Origin: Anthoceros angustus
Lineage: Eukaryota > Plantae > Anthocerotophyta
Length of the DNA: 64,000 bases
Direction: 5' to 3'
Assembly (NCBI GenBank): GCA_010909165.1
Contig: MU008181.1
Coordinates: 992,001 to 1,056,000 of the forward strand
Below the pieces are notes generated by a model, which was not told where the DNA came from, ran no database searches, and was given only the letters and a program-made list of their open reading frames with translations. Positions 58,836 through 64,000 of the stretch are shown piece after piece. The translations under genes and the position numbers were made by a program. Positions within the stretch are counted from its first letter, which is position 1. Every line of letters starts with the position of its first letter.

Positions 58836-61800
58836 GAGCTAGAAGCCCAAATGTAAGGTGAGAATCTTAATTCGAGACTCCTGGACATGCTGGGGTTAAG
58901 GACATACTATAGCAAGGTGGATGGTGCGGTAATACGATATACCAAGTTAAATAATATCATAATATAAAAAGTTTCAATCTTAATATAAGTTGTGATATAT
59001 GAAGTTTATAAAAGAGAAATGAGTACGTGTGTATGGAATATCGATCTGGTCACGCGGCATCACGAGAAGAAATAGTCCACTTGCACGAGAACTATTTCGG
59101 CATGTCATCATGAACATCGGTTGGGCTGGCCCCGGTGTCCCGATGTGGTCAACTGTCCCATGGTACACAAAATGATTTTCGACACCACGAAACTTTTCTT
59201 CTTTTGGGGTTAGGGTTGCGTTGAGGTCATTTCGTTGTCGGCGTCATTCGCATAATATACCATATCATGGCACATCCACAATTTGCTAGGGTTGTCAGCC
59301 GTTGCGTTAGCGCTTCGCTTACCGTATGCAATTGCGTTTGCATTGCAATCATCGTCTGTATTTGCGGCACGGTCGTTTGCCCTTCGTCAAGGCGGTGTTG
59401 TTGGCAGGGCTACCGCGTTTACCTGGGCGCTTCACTAGTGCTCGCCTAGCACCAACCAGGAAACAAACATGTGAAGGACCAACAAAGAAGGGCTTTCATG
59501 AAAGCAGTGCTTTGACACTCTGCTTGCCCAAAAGCGTCGATGCACAAGCGTACAATTCAAAGGGCCTCTTGGACTACATGGCCTCGTCATGCCATCGGAT
59601 GCTGTTGCCGAATCATCTCCCGCCAGTGAGCATGCATATTCTACGATGATCGCCAAAGCGGATCACAGGCGAGGCGGCCAGGCGAGATGGCGAGATCGAG
59701 GCCTTGAGCAAATGGGAACCAACCGGGCCCATACTTGCGAACTAAAATTTGTGTATGTATGTCTTGCCCGCATACTTGCGAACTAAAATTTGTGTATGTA
59801 TGTCTTGCCACATAATTAACATGACTGTGTGTTGATGGGACCGAAACCCTAAAGAATACATCTGCATGACACAATCGGAACACCAGGCCTATGAACGCCT
59901 GATACAAAGGTTTTTGCCCGCGTACGAACGGCACACAAGCTCATGTGGTATGTATTATACATGTATTATACGTAAGTATCTAAAAGATGCCGTGGCATAT
60001 TCCCGTAGCGTACACCGAAAAAAAAAAGAAAGTCACACACGCGCTCCCGTGTGACCAGATCGGTATTCCATACGTGTGAGGGTCGAGAGCCGAGGCATAA
60101 TTTGGGCTGGCGATAAATTAGGGAAAGTGCCATCAGTTTAATGTCGGAAGTCGTGGTCAAGTTTCCTTATGTGGGACGATTCAACGCGGGTGAAGGAACG
60201 TTGAAGCAACGAGACCGCCATTGGCTAAGTTTGAATGGGCTCGGTTTTGAACTGGAGCTTCCCTCCCTGTTTCCCCTCCAGACAGCCTGTACCTCCAACA
60301 TTTGCAAGGCCTCACGGGCTGCTTGCATTTGTCCGTGTGCTCACGCATCTGCATCTGCATAGTGAGGAGGATTTGTATCTGTCTGGTCAGTGGTGCTTGA
60401 GCTAGAAGCCCAAATGTAAGGTGAGAATCTTAATTCGAGACTCTGGACATCAAGTTAAGGACATACTATAAGGTGGATGGTGCGGTGTCGATATACCAAG
60501 TTAAATAATATCATAATATAAAAAGTTTCAATCTTAATATAAGTTGTGATATATGAAGTTTATAAAAGAGAAATGAATGCGTGTATGGAATATCGATGCG
60601 GTCACGCGGCATCACGAGAAGAAATAGTCCACTTGCACGGAACTATTTCGGCATGTCATGACACATCGGTTGTGGCCCCGGTGTCCCGATGTGGTCAACC
60701 TATCCCATGGTACACAAAATGATTTTGCGACACACAGAAACTTTTCTTCTTTTGGGGTTAGGGTTGCGTTGAGGTCATTTGCGTTGTCGTCATTGGCCGC
60801 ATTATGTCCGCGACCGCGGCATCCACAATTTGCTAGGGTTGTCAGCGGTTGCGTTAGCGCTGCGCTTACCGTATGCAATTGCGTTTGCATTGCAATCATC
60901 GTCGTATTTGCTGCACGTGAGTCGTTTGCTCACGCAAGGCGCAGTGTTGGCAGGCGCATCTGGTACCAACGCTTTCCTGGGCTGCGCCTCACGTGCGTTC
61001 ACATAGCACCAACTAAACATACCGTAAGGACCAACAAAGAAGGGCTTTCATGAAAGCAGCACACATACAATGCTTGCATACTTGCAAAAGCGCAAAGGCA
61101 CAAGCGTACAATTCAAAGGGCCTACTGGACTACATGGCCTGTCCATGCCATCAGATGCCGCTGCCGAATCTGTCTCCATAGTGAGCATGCATATTCTACC
61201 GATGATCGCGCCAAACAGATGCGAGAGCGAGAGCGAGGCGGAAGCGAGATGGCGAGATCGAGGCCTTGAGCAAATGGGAACCGTGCACACGGGCCATACT
61301 TGCGAACTAAAATTTGTGTATGTATGTCTTGCCCGCATACTTGCGAACTAAAATTTGTGTATGTATGTCTTGCCCGCATAATTAACATGACTGTGTGTTG
61401 ATGGGACCGAAACCCTAAAGAATACATCTGCATGACACAATCGGAACACCAGGCCTATGAACGCCTGATACAAAGGTTTTTGCCCGCGTACGAACGGCAC
61501 ACAAGCTCATGTGGTATGTATTATACATGTATTATACGTAAGTATCTAAAAGATGCCGTGGCATATTCCCGTAGCGTACACCGAAAAAAAAAAGAAAGTC
61601 ACACACGCGCTCCCGTGTGACCAGATCGGTATTCCATACGTGAGGGTCGAGCCGAGGCATAAATAAGGCGATAAATTAGGAAAGTGCCATCAGTTTAATG
61701 TCGGAAGTCGTGGTCAAGTTTCCTTATGTGGGACGATTCAACGCGGGTGAAGGAACGTTGAAGCAACGAGACCGCCATTGGCTAAGTTTGAATGGGCTCG

Positions 61801-61964
61801 GTTTTGAACTGGAGCTTCCCTCCCTGTTTCCCCTCCAGACAGCTCGTACCCCTCCAACATTTGCAAGGCCTCACGGGCTGCTTGCATTTGTCCGTGTGCT
61901 CACGCATCTGCATCTGCATAGTGAGGAGGATTTGTATCTGTCTGGTCAGTGGTGCTTGCGAGCT
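58836..61964. repeat. ~1.56-kb tandem duplication (58836-60398 / 60399-61964) with GAGCT junction microhomology; each copy contains a 39-bp internal tandem repeat
   Basis: Collinear copies; identical 62-aa ORFs at 59866 and 61432. Confidence 0.92.
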
Positions 61965-62029
61965 GAACGCAGCGAGTGGGTCAAGACTTGTAGGGACGGG
62001 CTCGTAGTGTAGGGCTGTTGTGGTGGAAG

Positions 62030-64000
62030 ATGCTGGGAGGGTACTTTGGGAACCAGCCTATCCTTACCGTGATCAAGGATGGGTTTGTGATCGACACCAT
62101 CTGCCTGGATGGCCGGGACACGCTGCTCGTGGGGCGGAGCAGTGACTGTGATATTGTGGTCGGGCACTGCAGCACCAGCAGGCAGCATTTGGAGATTCAA
62201 GTCATTCGAGCAACGCAGGAGCTTGTGCTCACGGACCTGGCATCAGGTGATTCTTGTTTAGGGAAAGCCCAGGCTTTTTTGGTGAGGCACAGGTCGAGGT
62301 GTAGGTGGTGCTGTAATGCTTGTGCTGGCTCTGAATTTGCTGTCTGTACAGGACATGGCACCTGCATCAATGGGAAGAAAATCCAGCCACTGGTGCCGGC
62401 TGTTGCCAAGGAGAATGATGTCATTCAGCTCGCTGCCTCCACCAGAGCGTACAAGGTGCAGTGGGTGCCTCCTCTTTCGCTGGATGAAGTCTGCGAGCCT
62501 TCTTCTTCATTGGAGACACAGCCTCCGTCTGGATCGAAGTCCTTCCCCGTAAGGAAAGGGCAGGTAATTCATCCTTGCATTCATGTGCTGCACCGTCCTT
62601 CTCTTTGTCCGAGGAAAAGAAGCGTGAGATGGGACTTGCTTGGATCCGCAGGAGAGGAGCAAGAACACCGTGCCGAGATCTAGGTGGGACACAGAGGAGA
62701 ACGGGGTTTCCGAGTCCCCCAGCAGGACTCCACAGAGAGGTCTGCAGAGGGGTCGGTCGCTGCAGAAGCGGTCGGCGAACGAGGAGAATGAGCTTCCTTT
62801 CTCTCCTCAGAGGACGCCTCAGAAGGAGAATTCGGAGCTGCCTCCTCGCGCTCCTCCTCGCCGTCTGGCCTTCAGCTCTCTGCAGGCATCAGCCATAAAT
62901 GCGCGCTCTCCCTCTGTCCGGAAAGCGTCTGTAGAGAAGGGCAGCATTTTGAAGCAACAGACGCCACCCAGGGCTGCGGGCAAGGAGCAGGCGGGAACCC
63001 TTAAGAAGGCACAGACCAGTTTGTGGCTGCGTCGATGCAATTCGGCGCCGCTGCCTGCGCTGCAAACGTCTGCTCCTCAGCAGAATGGGCTGGATGCTGC
63101 TGCTCCTGATGTGCAGGGAGTGGAGGTAGAATTTGATGACGCAGATGCAGCACTGCTGCGCATTTGTCAGGAGCAGATACAGTCGGAGGGTATCAGTATC
63201 CTCCCTAGCCAGGTTCTGGAGGAGGCTGAGGAAGAGTATGACTCGGACAAGGAAAATCATTTGCCACAGTCGTATATCGGGGGAGGATACCAGCACCAGC
63301 AAGGAGAGGGTGGTATTCACGATGCTTTCTCATCCAGGAGAGATGAGGGCGCCGAAAGGAAGCCGTTTCAGCCGCTTCCTGTTGCCCCCGACCAAGACTT
63401 TGAGTTCCAGAGCTCTTCGCCTTCAGAAGTGAACACGTCCAGTACTCTGGGGCTACCCAGGCTCAGGTTGCCAAGACCCGCTGCTGTAAGTTCCCCCCCT
63501 TGTCTGCTGCGTATTTGTGCCGGAATGTCTTTCACCCTGGTAGATGTTCGTAGCAGCGCTGTAGGTCTGATGGTTATGTTGTGACCATCGCTGCAGGCTA
63601 AAAACCTGGACCAGATGTTCCGGCGGATGACACTTTCTGATGCAGACAAAAGGCAATGGCACATGGTGATCGACACCAGTTGCTTGTTAAGCACGGAGTC
63701 CCTGAAGGTATTTAAGCAGCTTGAAGGGAACAAGGACACTCGGATCATTATCCCAAGAATAGGTCCACTCTCGCCTCGTCTTTCCGGATCGCATGCCAGT
63801 GAGGATCTCTGTCGTCATGCCGCAGTATCTCACCCATTGGTGGATCTTGGATTGCAGTGATACGTGAGCTGGACTCCCTGAAAAACCGGCACAACCTAAG
63901 CCATGTAGCCCGTACAGCTCTCAACTGGATAAACTCCTGCATGACGACGCTACCAACTTGGATTCATGTCCAGAACTCTTCAGAGACAGGGCCTGTGACT
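62030..64000 (+). CDS. PS1: FHA-PINc domain protein, PARALLEL SPINDLE 1-like (spliced; 3' end beyond the window)
   Basis: FHA: LLVGRSSDCDIVVGHCSTSRQHLEI..LTDLAS|GHGTCING..DVIQLAASTRAY; SDKEN motif; PIN: WHMVIDTSCLL..LEG..TRIIIPRI|VIRELDSLK..ALNWI..WIHVQNS. Confidence 0.85.

Noticed and set aside
38206-64000. Reproductive gene cluster (CFAP251, MTase, PS1)
   Set aside because: The MTase is a pseudogene in TE debris and the two host genes act in different life stages; proximity alone is not evidence.

Overview
Eukaryotic nuclear DNA from a land plant with flagellated sperm and a compact, short-intron genome (inference: hornwort, other bryophyte or lycophyte). Host genes, left to right: an essentially intronless RNA Pol IV/V largest subunit with a DeCL C-terminus and an apparent N-terminal frameshift; a GH9 class C endoglucanase with a Pro/Lys linker and CBM49; Pol III subunit RPC8 head-to-head with the DNA polymerase delta catalytic subunit (~30 exons, one probable U12 intron, one GC-AG intron); a tandem LEA_2/NHL cluster interleaved with duplicated fragments of the adjacent NAPE-PLD-like gene; CFAP251/WDR66; and a PS1-like FHA-PIN gene running off the window. 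Between them lie decayed mobile elements: CRE-like RLE non-LTR retrotransposons, Ty3/Gypsy relics, a PIF/Harbinger fragment, a probable solo LTR, CACTA-like motifs and several minisatellites. The most unusual signal is an end-to-end but pseudogenised prokaryote-type beta-class amino (N6A/N4C) DNA methyltransferase at ~45.0-45.8 kb, embedded in the transposon mosaic. All family assignments come from reading motifs by eye; no searches were run.
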